A stretch of 64,000 nt of DNA from Clostridia bacterium (GTDB taxonomy: Bacteria; Bacillota; Clostridia; Oscillospirales; CAG-272), in contig JAFVUF010000012.1 in NCBI GenBank assembly GCA_017502875.1, forward strand, positions 168,952 through 232,951, in the 5' to 3' direction. The notes beneath the pieces are model-generated. The model was not told the DNA's origin. It did not search any database and saw only the letters and a program-made list of their open reading frames with translations. Position numbers and translations under genes: made by a program. Positions 54,743-64,000 of the stretch are shown here, in pieces. Position 1 is the stretch's first letter, and every line of letters begins with the position of its first letter.

Positions 54743-56014
54743 ATGTTAGACATTAAAGTCATCAGAGAAAACCCCGACGAGGTGAAGGCTCGCCTCGCCA
54801 CCAGAAACAAGGATTACAGCGCCGAAATCGATAAAATCCTGGCGCTTGACGAGGAGCGCAGAGCCTTAATCAGCGCAACCGAAACAATAAAAGCGAGAAA
54901 AAACGAGGTATCTAAGCAAATACCTATGTTAAAAAAGCAGGGCAAGGATGTCGCGCCCATATTTGAGGAGATGAAAAAGCTCTCTGACGAGATGAAGGAC
55001 GACGAGGACAAGCTTGCCGAGACCGACAGAGAGCTTGAAATGCTTCTTCTCTCCGTTCCAAACCTTCCTCACCCCTCCATTCCCGTAGGAAAAGACGACT
55101 CCGATAACGTTGAGATAAGACGCTACGGAGAGCCGAGAAAGTTCGATTTTGAGCCAAAAGCCCACTGGGAGCTTGGTCAAAGACTTGGAATTCTCGATCC
55201 CGAAACCGCGGGAAAGGTTACAGGAGCCCGTTTCCACTTCTACAAGGGCCTGGGAGCAAGACTTGAGAGAGCAATTATCTCATTCTATCTCGATACTCAC
55301 ACTGAGCGCGGATACACCGAGGTGTTCCCTCCGTTCATGGTCAACAGAAACTCCATGCAGGGCACAGGACAGCTTCCCAAGTTCGAGGAGGACGCCTTTA
55401 AGGTTGCAAACACCGATTATTTCCTCATTCCGACTGCTGAGGTTCCCGTAACCAACATGCACAAGAACGAGATAATGGACGCGGCGGCGCTTCCGACCAA
55501 GTATTGCGCTTATTCCGCTTGCTTCAGAGCCGAGGCGGGAAGCGCGGGCAGAGACACCAGAGGTCTTATCCGTCAGCACCAATTCAACAAGGTTGAGCTT
55601 GTTAAGTTCGCTCACCCCGACCGTTCCTATGAGGAGCTTGAAAGCCTCACACTCGACGCGCAGAACGTTCTTCAGCTCTTAGGTCTTCCCCACCGCGTTG
55701 TCTGCCTCTCCTCCGGAGATATCGGCTTCAGCTCTGCAAAAACCTACGACATTGAGGTCTGGATGCCCTCCTACAACAGATACGTTGAGATAAGCTCCTG
55801 CTCCAACTTTGAGGATTATCAGGCTCGCAGAGCAAATATCCGCTTCAAAGAGGACGTAAAGGATAAGGCTCGTTACGTTCACACTCTCAACGGCTCCGGC
55901 GTAGCGGTTGGAAGAACCGTTGCGGCGATAATGGAGAACTTCCAGAGAGATGACGGCGGAATAGACGTTCCTGAGGTGCTCAGAAAGTATATGGGCACTG
56001 ACGTAATCAGATAA
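54743..56014 (+). CDS. serS: Serine--tRNA ligase
   Basis: 423 aa; N-terminal coiled-coil arm and class II core (e.g. [21 protein letters not shown]). Confidence 0.96.
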   Translation: MLDIKVIRENPDEVKARLATRNKDYSAEIDKILALDEERRALISATETIKARKNEVSKQIPMLKKQGKDVAPIFEEMKKLSDEMKDDEDKLAETDRELEMLLLSVPNLPHPSIPVGKDDSDNVEIRRYGEPRKFDFEPKAHWELGQRLGILDPETAGKVTGARFHFYKGLGARLERAIISFYLDTHTERGYTEVFPPFMVNRNSMQGTGQLPKFEEDAFKVANTDYFLIPTAEVPVTNMHKNEIMDAAALPTKYCAYSACFRAEAGSAGRDTRGLIRQHQFNKVELVKFAHPDRSYEELESLTLDAQNVLQLLGLPHRVVCLSSGDIGFSSAKTYDIEVWMPSYNRYVEISSCSNFEDYQARRANIRFKEDVKDKARYVHTLNGSGVAVGRTVAAIMENFQRDDGGIDVPEVLRKYMGTDVIR

Positions 56015-56083
56015 ACACCAAAAACGACAAAAACGCACTTCAAGCTACGACTTTTGCGGCTTTGGGTGCGTTTTCTACTACTA

Positions 56084-56099
56084 TGTTTCACGTGAAACA
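56084..56099. promoter_or_regulatory. parS site 4
   Basis: TGTTTCACGTGAAACA. Confidence 0.9.
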
Positions 56100-56118
56100 T
56101 TTCACAAAAGGAGAACAA

Positions 56119-56856
56119 ATGGAATTATCCGATATTTTTATTTACAGAGGCTCAACGCCTATCGAGCTGATACTTTGGTCGTTCTATATAGCGATAGTTA
56201 TCGGAACGGTTATTATGTATTTAACAAAGGCTAAGTTCGGCAAGCTTATTCACGCGCTTCTTGAAAATGGCGCCTGCTCTCCCGAAAACGCTCGCAGCTT
56301 AGACGAAATAGGCGTAAAACCAAGCATTTTTATCAAGCTCGGACTTAAAAATTACCTTAATTACAAGGACCTGCTGGTAGCGATTACCGAGGACGGCAAA
56401 TATTACGCAAACACAGTATACACAGACGAACCGCCAGAGCTTAGAACTCTTGTGGCAATTACAAGAAAAAAGCGTTCAAGAATAACCGAAGCAGAAAAAA
56501 CGGACGAAACAGGAGCAGAAACCGACGCAGAAAGCCTTGCTTCAGACAGCTCTGCACCGAACATAACCGTAACCGAGCCTATTTCGGAGACCTCAAGCGC
56601 AGCCGATACGGCAAACACAGAAGCAGAGCGCGAGGCTAAAACACAAAAGCCTGAAAGAGTAAAATTTGACGTGCTTAGCGCAAGGTATTATATACCGAGC
56701 GAAATACACGCAAAGGTTCGAACTCTTTACAAGGACAGCTCAATAAAGCTTCACTGGGTTATCATCGTACTGATAGCGCTCGGAATTATTACTTATTTCG
56801 CGGGCTTTGTTACCGAGGAGCTTATCCGTATGCTTCAAACGTTCAAATCTAAATAA
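56119..56856 (+). CDS. Hypothetical membrane protein
   Basis: Start trimmed to MELSDIF (RBS AAAGGAGAA); N- and C-terminal TM helices, acidic Thr/Ser/Glu-rich centre. Confidence 0.55.
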   Translation: MELSDIFIYRGSTPIELILWSFYIAIVIGTVIMYLTKAKFGKLIHALLENGACSPENARSLDEIGVKPSIFIKLGLKNYLNYKDLLVAITEDGKYYANTVYTDEPPELRTLVAITRKKRSRITEAEKTDETGAETDAESLASDSSAPNITVTEPISETSSAADTANTEAEREAKTQKPERVKFDVLSARYYIPSEIHAKVRTLYKDSSIKLHWVIIVLIALGIITYFAGFVTEELIRMLQTFKSK

Positions 56857-56858
56857 TC

Positions 56859-56891
56859 AAAAAAGAGAATGGATATATCCATTCTCTTTTT
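56859..56891. terminator. Bidirectional intrinsic terminator
   Basis: AAAAAGAGAATGGATATATCCATTCTCTTTTT. Confidence 0.8.
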
Positions 56892-56917
56892 GTCTAAGTA
56901 TAGCAATATTTAACTAA

Positions 56918-57487
56918 TTACTTAACAAGCTCGCCGTAGCACTTGCCAAATCCGCAAACAGCGTTAGACTCGTCAGTGTCGATATGCATTGCGAGAGCGA
57001 ACTTGGGGCTTACTCTTACAACGACATCGCCGAGAAGCGCGGAGCGTCCGCTTTCAATCTTAACGCTTACAACCTGACCGTTCTCAACGCCGAAATTAGC
57101 GGCGTCATCGGGAGTCATGTGGATATGACGCTTAGCGATAATAACGCCGTCCTTGGTCTCAACCTCACCGCAGGGACCGACAATCTTAATTCCGGGAGTT
57201 CCGGCAAGGTCTCCGCTTTCACGCAGAGGAGCGTCAACGCCCAGGGTTCTGGCGTCGGTATAAGACAGCTCAACCTGAGTAGCGGGGCGAACAGGGCCGA
57301 GAATGATAACGTTAGCAATCTCCTTTTTGGGACCGACAAGCTTTACTCTCTCCTCGCACGCGAACTGACCGGGCTGACTTAAATCCTTCTTAAAGGTAAG
57401 GCTCGCGCCCTTTCCGAACAGTGTTTCAAGATCCTCTGCAGAGAGATGAACGTGTCTTGCGGAGGTTTCAACAAGAATTTTTTCCAT
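56918..57487 (-). CDS. pduL: Phosphate propanoyltransferase PduL-type phosphotransacylase
   Basis: 189 aa; two PduL repeats with SARHVHLS and AKRHIHM motifs. Confidence 0.85.
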   Translation of the reverse strand: MEKILVETSARHVHLSAEDLETLFGKGASLTFKKDLSQPGQFACEERVKLVGPKKEIANVIILGPVRPATQVELSYTDARTLGVDAPLRESGDLAGTPGIKIVGPCGEVETKDGVIIAKRHIHMTPDDAANFGVENGQVVSVKIESGRSALLGDVVVRVSPKFALAMHIDTDESNAVCGFGKCYGELVK

Positions 57488-57632
57488 TTTTTTATGTCCT
57501 TTCGTATAATCATCGTTAGATTAATTATACTATATTTAAATAAAAAAGTAAAGGGTTTTGCCAGAAATAATTCCAATAATTTTGCTCGGTTTGGCAGTTT
57601 TTGGCAATCTATTTAGATGAAAGGAAATAATA

Positions 57633-58832
57633 ATGAAATATCAAAATTATAGCGGAGAAAAATCCGGCACTGTCGGCAGAACGCAGGAAAAGGTTGATAT
57701 GAAGCAGCGCCCGAGGGCAGACGTTAACAGGCAATACGGCGGGGCGCGCAATGAGACGGAGGAAAACGGTCTTGCCACTCCGACTCTGCGAGGAGGTTTT
57801 ATTTCGGACGGCGACGTTTTCGGCACGGGTGAGGACAAAGGCGTAAATAAGGACGCTGAAAACACCGAAAAGGCGCTGAATAACGAACCCGTAATCACCG
57901 AAACAGGCGTTACGGGCGCGGAGAACGGTCTCACGATAGATAAAAACGGAACAGTTACCGCAAAACACGGTAAAAAAACGCAAATTTCGGATTGCGGGTG
58001 CGATAAAACGGGCAAAAGCAGTAGCTCCGACAATGGAGCCGCGCAAAACGTCCTTGGCGACTCGGATTTTTCAGACTACGGAGATTTTGAGCCGAGCGTA
58101 TCGAGCGCCGAGTGGCACACGCTCAGCCAAGGCGTAGACGACGGGGACGGTACAGTGGAAGAGGAGGACGAAAGCAAAACGAGCGCGCCCCAAAACCGTG
58201 AAAACGATGAAAAGCACGACAAAGCTGTTGTAACAAAAAGCGGCGAGAAGCTGATAAAAACCATCGTTATCGCGGGTCAGATAGAGGGACACTCTCAGCT
58301 GCCGCAGGGACAGAAGGCGACGAGGTACGAGGAGCTGATACCGCAGCTGGTTGAAATAGAGGAGAGCGAGGAGATAGGCGGACTGCTTATCATTTTAAAC
58401 ACCGTAGGCGGCGACGTTGAAGCGGGACTTGCGCTCTCCGAGCTTATCGTGGGTATGAAAAAGCCCACCGCTTCGCTTGTGCTTGGCGGCGGACATTCTA
58501 TCGGCGTGCCCCTGGCGGTCTCAACAAACAGGTCGTTTATCGTGCCGAGCGCCACAATGACGCTCCACCCGGTTAGAATAACGGGAATGATTCTCGGCGC
58601 TCCTCAGACCTACGTTTACCTTAACAAAATGCAGGAGAGGATTACCCGTTTCACCTGCAACCATTGCAATATGAGCCCTAAGCGCTTTAACGAGCTTATG
58701 CTCAGCCGCGACGAAATGTCCACTGACCTCGGCTCCGTCCTTGACGGACATCAGGCGGTAGAGGAGGGGCTTATCGACTCCCTCGGCTCTCTGAGCGACG
58801 CAATTGAGTTTTTGAAAAGAGCTATGGGTTGA
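57633..58832 (+). CDS. ClpP/TepA-family (Clp-protease-fold) protein with ~200-aa N-terminal extension
   Basis: C-terminal ~190 aa resemble TepA/ClpP-like proteins (LIILNTVGGDVEAGLALSELI.., MTLHPVR); N-terminal half is Gly/Asp/Glu-rich low complexity. Confidence 0.6.
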   Translation: MKYQNYSGEKSGTVGRTQEKVDMKQRPRADVNRQYGGARNETEENGLATPTLRGGFISDGDVFGTGEDKGVNKDAENTEKALNNEPVITETGVTGAENGLTIDKNGTVTAKHGKKTQISDCGCDKTGKSSSSDNGAAQNVLGDSDFSDYGDFEPSVSSAEWHTLSQGVDDGDGTVEEEDESKTSAPQNRENDEKHDKAVVTKSGEKLIKTIVIAGQIEGHSQLPQGQKATRYEELIPQLVEIEESEEIGGLLIILNTVGGDVEAGLALSELIVGMKKPTASLVLGGGHSIGVPLAVSTNRSFIVPSATMTLHPVRITGMILGAPQTYVYLNKMQERITRFTCNHCNMSPKRFNELMLSRDEMSTDLGSVLDGHQAVEEGLIDSLGSLSDAIEFLKRAMG

Positions 58833-58856
58833 GTTTTTGACAGAAGCCCGCAATAT

Positions 58857-59186
58857 CTAAACTGTTCCCACTGTCAGCTTGATTATCTTGCGGATATCGT
58901 CCGGCTGAACGGGCGCCTCGTGCGCTGATTTATTTCTGCGGACCGCGCCGCATTTTCTGCACCTGCTGACGATAATATAACCCTTTTTGGCGTCGGGCAG
59001 GGCGCTTATCGGCTCAAGCAGTCCGCCGCAATCCGACGCCCTGTCGCCCGGATTTACGTCCACGTGGAGCGAAAAAAGGCAAAACGGGCAATGATTTCTC
59101 GACGTGTAGCCGAGTGGCAAAACCTCTTTTCCGCAGTTAACGCAGGTAAAACCGCTGTCGTTTTTCTTAAAAAGTTTGTCTTGCAT
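58857..59186 (-). CDS. RNHCP-domain zinc-ribbon protein
   Basis: Literal RNHCPFC motif plus CVNCG and CRKCG pairs; start at MQDKLF (RBS GAAAGGAAG). Confidence 0.7.
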   Translation of the reverse strand: MQDKLFKKNDSGFTCVNCGKEVLPLGYTSRNHCPFCLFSLHVDVNPGDRASDCGGLLEPISALPDAKKGYIIVSRCRKCGAVRRNKSAHEAPVQPDDIRKIIKLTVGTV

Positions 59187-59335
59187 AACGTGTTTGCTTC
59201 CTTTCTCACGGCGATACACCGCAAGTTTCAATTAATTAACATTTTAGTAAAAAAATAATCATCTTGTAGATATATTTTTTTGTTATCCTATCAAAGCATT
59301 ATATTTTAAAAATATATCGAAAGGATAGATTTATT

Positions 59336-59707
59336 ATGATAAATACTTCAAAGAGCAGACTTCTTACTCTGCTTTCATTCGTAATGATACTCGCAATGAT
59401 GCTTTGCGCTATGAGCGTAAGCGTTTTCGCCGCTGATGTTGCTCACGACCACGACGGAGACGGAGTTGCTGACCACACCGACGCCGAGCACGACCACGAG
59501 GAAGATGACGACAAGGAAAAGACTCTTGGCGAAAAGATTTCCGCTTGGTTTGAGGGCAAGGTTGGCCAGATAGTCGGTTACTGCGTTGCGGGCGTTATTT
59601 TCGTGGTAATCGTTGTCGTAATCATCATCTGGATTCCCAAGGATTCCGACAAGAAGGCGGGCAAGAAGCTCGAAAAGAAGAACGCCAAGGCAAATAAATC
59701 CAAATAA
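59336..59707 (+). CDS. Hypothetical small membrane protein with His/Asp-rich ectodomain
   Basis: Signal/TM, AHDHDGDGVADHTDAEHDHEEDDDKEK, second TM, Lys-rich tail. Confidence 0.55.
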   Translation: MINTSKSRLLTLLSFVMILAMMLCAMSVSVFAADVAHDHDGDGVADHTDAEHDHEEDDDKEKTLGEKISAWFEGKVGQIVGYCVAGVIFVVIVVVIIIWIPKDSDKKAGKKLEKKNAKANKSK

Positions 59708-59766
59708 TTCAATATCACAAATCACGGGTCGCTTCGTTTAATACGGGGCGGCCCGATTTCTTTATA

Positions 59767-60269
59767 AAGCTTGGCAAAAACTTCTGAACACTGTGAACTT
59801 CTGTTTAAGCCTTAGCATAGCGAAGCGAACCTCGTCTTAGCGGCGCTCGACGTGAAACGCCCAGATTAAACGGTCGACTTTTTGCCTCCAGGCGCTTGCC
59901 TGGCGCCGCCAATTCGCCGCAGGTCGTTACCTGACGCCATTTGCTTCCGGGCGCTCGCCCGGCGCAATGACTTTTTCTTTGGGAAAAAGCAGAGCCCAAA
60001 GAAAAAGTAACAAAAAGAAAGGCTCGTTTGGGATATTTCGCTCTCTGCGGAGAGCGAGGAGGGCTACTCGCCCGTCCACCTCGCAAGCTTTTTGAAAAAA
60101 GCTTGGCAAAAACTTCTGAACACAGTGAACTACTGTGTAAACCTTAGCATAGCGAAGCGAACCTCGACTTAGCGGCGCTCGAAATGCTCGACGTTCTCAA
60201 AACTACACGCCGCCATTTGCCTCCAGGCGCTTGCCTGGCGCCGCCAATTCGCCGCAGGTCGTTACCTGC
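59767..60269 (+). repeat. Family-A composite A8 (two tandem elements), ending at the mnmE stop
   Basis: Two successive series ..AAGCTTGGCAAAAACTTCT..GCGAACCTCG(T/A)CTTAGCGGCGCTCGA..CCAGGCGCTTGCCTGG..GCCGCAGGTCGTTACCTG(A/C); the last C of the second is the G of the mnmE TAG stop. Confidence 0.9.
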
Positions 60270-61687
60270 TATTTGCCAACGCAGAAATTGTGGAAGATTT
60301 CATTTGTTATCCTGTCAGTAACCGTTCTGCCGTCAAGTAAGCCTATCGCGGCAAGCGCAGCTTCAAGGTCAAGTCCGCAAACGTCCGCGCCCATTCCACA
60401 CTCAAAAGCCGCTATTGCGCGTTTGAGCGCACCCATAGCCTCGCAAACCGCGGAATTCTGCCTTGCGTTAGCTATCACCGCCACACTTCCGTAGTCAACG
60501 TAGCCCTCGCAAAAGAACGCTTCGGCAATGCCTTTAAGCTCCTCAACTCCCTGCCCCGTCTGAGCGCTTATCTTACAGAGCTTCACCCTGTTTTCATCAA
60601 ACGGACGGTTACGGGTTGCGTCATCAAGCGCCTTTTTAACGTCATCAGTATCAAAACGCGGCTCCGTATCGCACTTGTTCAGCGCCAATATCACGCTTTT
60701 TCCGCTAATCACCGCCTCGGCGGCTAAGGAAATAATCTCGCCGTCCTCTTGGTCAAGCGGACGTGAGGTGTCAAGCACAGCGATAATAAGCTCCGCCTCG
60801 TCAGCCTTGGCTCTGGCGCGCTCAATACCTATTTTTTCAACAACGTCGTCGCTTTCACGGATACCCGCAGTATCAAAAAGACGGAGCGTTATCCTGCCTG
60901 CGTTAACCTTCTCCTCAATAACGTCGCGCGTCGTACCCGCAACCGAGGTTACTATCGCCTTCTGCTCACCCGCAAGCGCGTTTAAGAGCGAGGACTTGCC
61001 CGTGTTTGGCTTGCCGACTATCGCCGTATAAACACCCTCGGAGACTGCCTTTCCCTGCTTGTAGGTTGCGGCGGTGGCGCTTAAAAGCCCGTAGATAGCC
61101 TCCATCTCTGCCTTAAAATCCGATTCACTGACCTCCGCTAAATCCTCCTCAGGATAGTCAAGCTTGACGTAAACGGACGAAAGAAGCTTAATCAGACGCT
61201 CGCTTATCTCATCGCACCTTTTTTTAAGCACCCCTGAGGCGTGCGAGGCGCAAAGACGGAGCTTTTCCTCATTTTCGGCGTCGATCAGACCTATTACCGC
61301 CTCAGCGCCCGAAAGGTCGATTTTTCCGTTCAGAAAAGCCCTCTGCGTAAACTCTCCGGGGCCCGCCTGCGTGGCGCCGAGGTCAAAAGCGGTCTTTAAA
61401 ACCCTCTCGGTAAGCAGTATTCCGCCGTGGCAGCTTATCTCAACGATGTCCTCGCCCGTGTACGACCTCGGAGCGCGGAAAACGGTAGCTATTCCGTCGT
61501 CAATGCGCTCGCCGCCGCTGATTATTTTTCCGTAAACGGCGCTGCCGCCCTCAATTTCCGAAAGAGCCGTCCCGCAGCCCGTAATAAACATTTTTTCAGC
61601 TACTCCGAGCGCGTTCTCGCCCGAAATTCTTATTACCGCTATTCCGCCTCTGCCAAAAGGCGTAGCTATCGCCGCTATCGTACTCAT
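60269..61687 (-). CDS. mnmE: tRNA modification GTPase MnmE (TrmE/ThdF)
   Basis: G-domain GKPNTGKSSLLN, DTAGIR; C-terminal FCVGK. Confidence 0.95.
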   Translation of the reverse strand: MSTIAAIATPFGRGGIAVIRISGENALGVAEKMFITGCGTALSEIEGGSAVYGKIISGGERIDDGIATVFRAPRSYTGEDIVEISCHGGILLTERVLKTAFDLGATQAGPGEFTQRAFLNGKIDLSGAEAVIGLIDAENEEKLRLCASHASGVLKKRCDEISERLIKLLSSVYVKLDYPEEDLAEVSESDFKAEMEAIYGLLSATAATYKQGKAVSEGVYTAIVGKPNTGKSSLLNALAGEQKAIVTSVAGTTRDVIEEKVNAGRITLRLFDTAGIRESDDVVEKIGIERARAKADEAELIIAVLDTSRPLDQEDGEIISLAAEAVISGKSVILALNKCDTEPRFDTDDVKKALDDATRNRPFDENRVKLCKISAQTGQGVEELKGIAEAFFCEGYVDYGSVAVIANARQNSAVCEAMGALKRAIAAFECGMGADVCGLDLEAALAAIGLLDGRTVTDRITNEIFHNFCVGK

Positions 61688-61710
61688 AAGTTAACCCTCT
61701 GCATTAAATA

Positions 61711-61797
61711 GGAGATACGGTCGCTTTTGAAAAAGCTCCGCAAAACTTTTGTATCGCAAAGCTCTCCCCGTGGGGAGAGACTTTGCAATATATATAT
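61711..61797 (+). repeat. Family-B repeat B21, head-first; ~24 nt from the mnmE start
   Basis: GGAGATACGGTCGCTTTTGAAAAAGCTCCGCAAAACTTTTGTATCGCAAAGCTCTCCCCGTGGGGAGAGACTTTGCAATATATATAT. Confidence 0.85.
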
Positions 61798-61865
61798 TTC
61801 TGTAACTTTCATAAACGACGTAGCTTCTTTTCACCGCAAGGGACATCAGCTCGTCGATTTTTATC

Positions 61866-61900
61866 AAAAAGCGGAGCTGTCGCATTTTAGACAGCTCCGT
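61866..61900 (-). terminator. Intrinsic terminator after jag
   Basis: On minus strand ACGGAGCTGTCTAAAATGCGACAGCTCCGC followed by TTTTT. Confidence 0.75.
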
Positions 61901-61904
61901 CCTT

Positions 61905-62588
61905 TTAATTTTCGTTTTCCTGCGCGCTTTCGCTGCGCTTCTGGTTGCCAACGTAATGGATAACGACCTTGCGGTTCTCGTCGCTTCCGACAGAAGCGGT
62001 CATAACAAGGCTATCGTTCTGAAGCGCGGAATGTATAATACGGCGCTCGTAGGGTGTCATCGGGTCAAGAGCAATATTTCTCTTAAATCTCTTAACCTTG
62101 TCGGCGGTTCTCTTAGCGAGATTGCGCAGCGTTTCCTCTCTGCGCGCGCGGTAACCCTCAATATCGACGGAAATCTTGGGACATTCCTCGCCCGTCTTAT
62201 CAAGCTGGGCGTTAAGAGCGAGGTTGGAGAGGTACTGAAGCGCGTCAAGCGTCTCGCCGTGTCTGCCGATAAGCACGCCCGCGTCCGCGCCCTCTATCTT
62301 TATAACCTTGCCACCCTCGGAGTTAAGCTCTCTGCCGAGGCTTGCGCGGGTATTCTTCATACCCATAACGTCCATTACGCCATTGAGGTAATCAAGAGCA
62401 GTCTGCTCTGGGCCTATCTCTACGAAAACCTTTACCTTAGCGGGCGCTTCTCCAAAGCCGAGGAAGCCCTTCTTGGGAGCCTCGATTATCTCGTACTCTA
62501 TTCTTGAAGCGTCAACGCCGAGCTTTTGGGCGCCGTCCGCTATCGCCGCCTCAACGGTGCGGCCACATCCGATTTCTTCTCTTAACAT
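61905..62588 (-). CDS. jag: Jag/KhpB RNA-binding protein (KH + R3H domains)
   Basis: N-terminal Jag_N, KH and C-terminal R3H (RRIIHSALQND); ATG at 62588 preferred over TTG at 62600. Confidence 0.88.
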   Translation of the reverse strand: MLREEIGCGRTVEAAIADGAQKLGVDASRIEYEIIEAPKKGFLGFGEAPAKVKVFVEIGPEQTALDYLNGVMDVMGMKNTRASLGRELNSEGGKVIKIEGADAGVLIGRHGETLDALQYLSNLALNAQLDKTGEECPKISVDIEGYRARREETLRNLAKRTADKVKRFKRNIALDPMTPYERRIIHSALQNDSLVMTASVGSDENRKVVIHYVGNQKRSESAQENEN

Positions 62589-62630
62589 TTCAAAATCCAA
62601 TCCTTATATAAATAGTTTTAATTTTCAGTG

Positions 62631-63746
62631 TTACTTTTCACTCTTATCTTTCTTATATTCCTTCATCGGAACGGGTGAAAGCAAGCCCTTGGGGTCGGCG
62701 GACGCCTTGCTTTCGGTAGGAATACCGTCGTTTTCGGGCATTACGACCTTAGCGTTATACTCGTCGTCGTCGATATGGTGAAGCGAGCGAACTCTCGGAC
62801 GGTCAGGGTCCTTGGACTTATTAAGTCCTGTTTTTAGCTTTTTCTTTTTGCCGAGAACCTCTCTTTCAGCCTCCTTGTAGTCCTCCTCGGTAAATACGGG
62901 GTAGGGCTTTATCTTTACCATAATGAACTGCTGGAGAACGCCGAGAAGGCTCTGGTACATCCAGTACAAGCCGATAACTCCGGGCACGCTGAAGGTAATC
63001 CAGGTAGAAATAAGAGGAAGTATAAGGTCCATAATTGTCATCGAAAGCTTTGCGTCGCCGGTCTGCTGCTGCATAACGGGAGACTGATACGAGAGCTTAC
63101 GGGTGAGCTTGGACGTAAGGAAGGTAAGAACAAAGGTAAACAGCGGAATAAGCATAAGGATATTCGCGCCAAACTCAGGGGTCTGGGAAAGGTCAATACC
63201 CTTTATCCAAAAAAACGAGAAGTCCGGGAGCGCGTCAAGCGAAACGCCCTCAATGCTAAGATAAGGATTTATATCGGCTCTCATATTTGCAAGAACGGCT
63301 ATCTCGTCGAGCTTAGCCGCCTCTGTGCCGAGGATACCCGAAGCGACGTTTTTAACAGCCGTTACCGCTTCTTTTGTGAGACCGCAGAGATAGGTAAGAG
63401 GACTTCTGATGACGTTATAAATAAAAATAATGATGGGAAGCTGGATAAGCATAGGCAGACAGCCCGCAAGCTGACTGTAACCGGCTCTCTGCTGAAGCTC
63501 CTGAATTTCCATCTGGCGCTTCTGCTGGCTGGCTCTGTCGTTTCTGCCCTTGTACTTTTTGACTATCGCGGCTTCCTTAGGGCGAAGCGACGCCTGCTTT
63601 AAAGAGTTAGAATGCTGCTTGATACCCAAGGGGAGAAGGATTATCTTCATAAAGAACGCGAACACGAGAAGCGCGAGCGCGTAATTGAAGGTAAAGCTGT
63701 AACAAATTTCAAGCAGCCACGCAATCGGCTTGTTTATAAAATCCAT
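62631..63746 (-). CDS. yidC: Membrane protein insertase YidC/SpoIIIJ
   Basis: YidC core with polar C-terminal tail; start trimmed to MDFINKPIAW (ATG 63746); upstream codons run into repeat A9. Confidence 0.9.
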   Translation of the reverse strand: MDFINKPIAWLLEICYSFTFNYALALLVFAFFMKIILLPLGIKQHSNSLKQASLRPKEAAIVKKYKGRNDRASQQKRQMEIQELQQRAGYSQLAGCLPMLIQLPIIIFIYNVIRSPLTYLCGLTKEAVTAVKNVASGILGTEAAKLDEIAVLANMRADINPYLSIEGVSLDALPDFSFFWIKGIDLSQTPEFGANILMLIPLFTFVLTFLTSKLTRKLSYQSPVMQQQTGDAKLSMTIMDLILPLISTWITFSVPGVIGLYWMYQSLLGVLQQFIMVKIKPYPVFTEEDYKEAEREVLGKKKKLKTGLNKSKDPDRPRVRSLHHIDDDEYNAKVVMPENDGIPTESKASADPKGLLSPVPMKEYKKDKSEK

Positions 63747-63794
63747 TTTGTTAAAATTCCTCTCTAATTGCTTCCGCAGAAGCTCATAATATTT

Positions 63795-64000
63795 AAAAGT
63801 TTTTGCCCACCTTTTTGCAGGCAACGGCCTGCGGCGAAATGGCGGCGCGTGCTTTTGAGAACGTCGAGCATTTCGAGCGCCGCTAAGTCGAGGTTCGCTT
63901 CGCTACGTTAAGATTTACACAGAAGTTCACTGTGTTCAGAAGTTTTTGCCAAGCTTTTTTCAAAAAGCTTGCGAGGTGGACGGGCGAGGAGCCCTCCTCG
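63795..64000 (-). repeat. Family-A repeat A9 (cut by window end)
   Basis: AAAAGTTTTTGCCCACCTTTTTGCAGGCAACGGCCTGCGGCG..CATTTCGAGCGCCGCTAAGTCGAGGTTCGC..AGAAGTTTTTGCCAAGCTTTTTTCAAAAAGCTTG.. Confidence 0.85.

Overview
This window looks like chromosomal DNA from a spore-forming Firmicute, probably Clostridia-like (spo0A is present; GC is near 50% by eye). It carries the classic origin-proximal gene set in a rearranged order: recF-DUF370-gyrB-gyrA on the minus strand, mnmG-rsmG-noc-like-parA-parB-serS on the plus strand, and yidC-jag-mnmE inverted about 10 kb further right. dnaA and dnaN are not visible. Other genes include recA-recX, rimO, trpS, rplJ-rplL, spo0A, ftsK, proA, argF, nagA, galK and a MarR plus ABC-exporter pair. 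I call 55 CDS. I see no rRNA, tRNA, CRISPR array, transposase, integrase or phage genes.

Regulatory sites:
- Four perfect parS palindromes (TGTTTCACGTGAAACA).
- Eight DnaA-box-like 9-mers clustered in the gyrB-gyrA spacer.
- Several near-consensus sigma-A promoters and intrinsic terminators.

The outstanding signal is the repeat content.
- **Family B (21 copies).** A conserved head (GGGGATACGCGC, a short palindrome, then GCGCAAAGAACTTTTGTATA) is joined to a variable long hairpin closed by TATATA. The head end sits 0-48 nt from a start or stop codon in all 20 copies that have both neighbours visible. Seven spacers are filled by heads-out inverted pairs.
- **Family A (10 loci, 120-590 bp).** These are concatenated hairpin modules. 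The terminal hairpin GCAGGTAACGACCTGC abuts the stop codons of three unrelated genes. Family A blocks also supply the C-termini of queH and degV, flank a two-gene cassette as inverted repeats, and sit at synteny breakpoints.
- **Family C (87 nt).** This element is inserted in-frame inside mnmG, ftsK (tandem) and proA (opposite orientation), and possibly recX. It resembles Rickettsia palindromic elements in behaviour.

Families A and B together cover about 5.4 kb, roughly 8% of the window by hand estimate. I do not recognise any of these families. All repeat boundaries were determined by eye and are approximate (about 5-10 nt).
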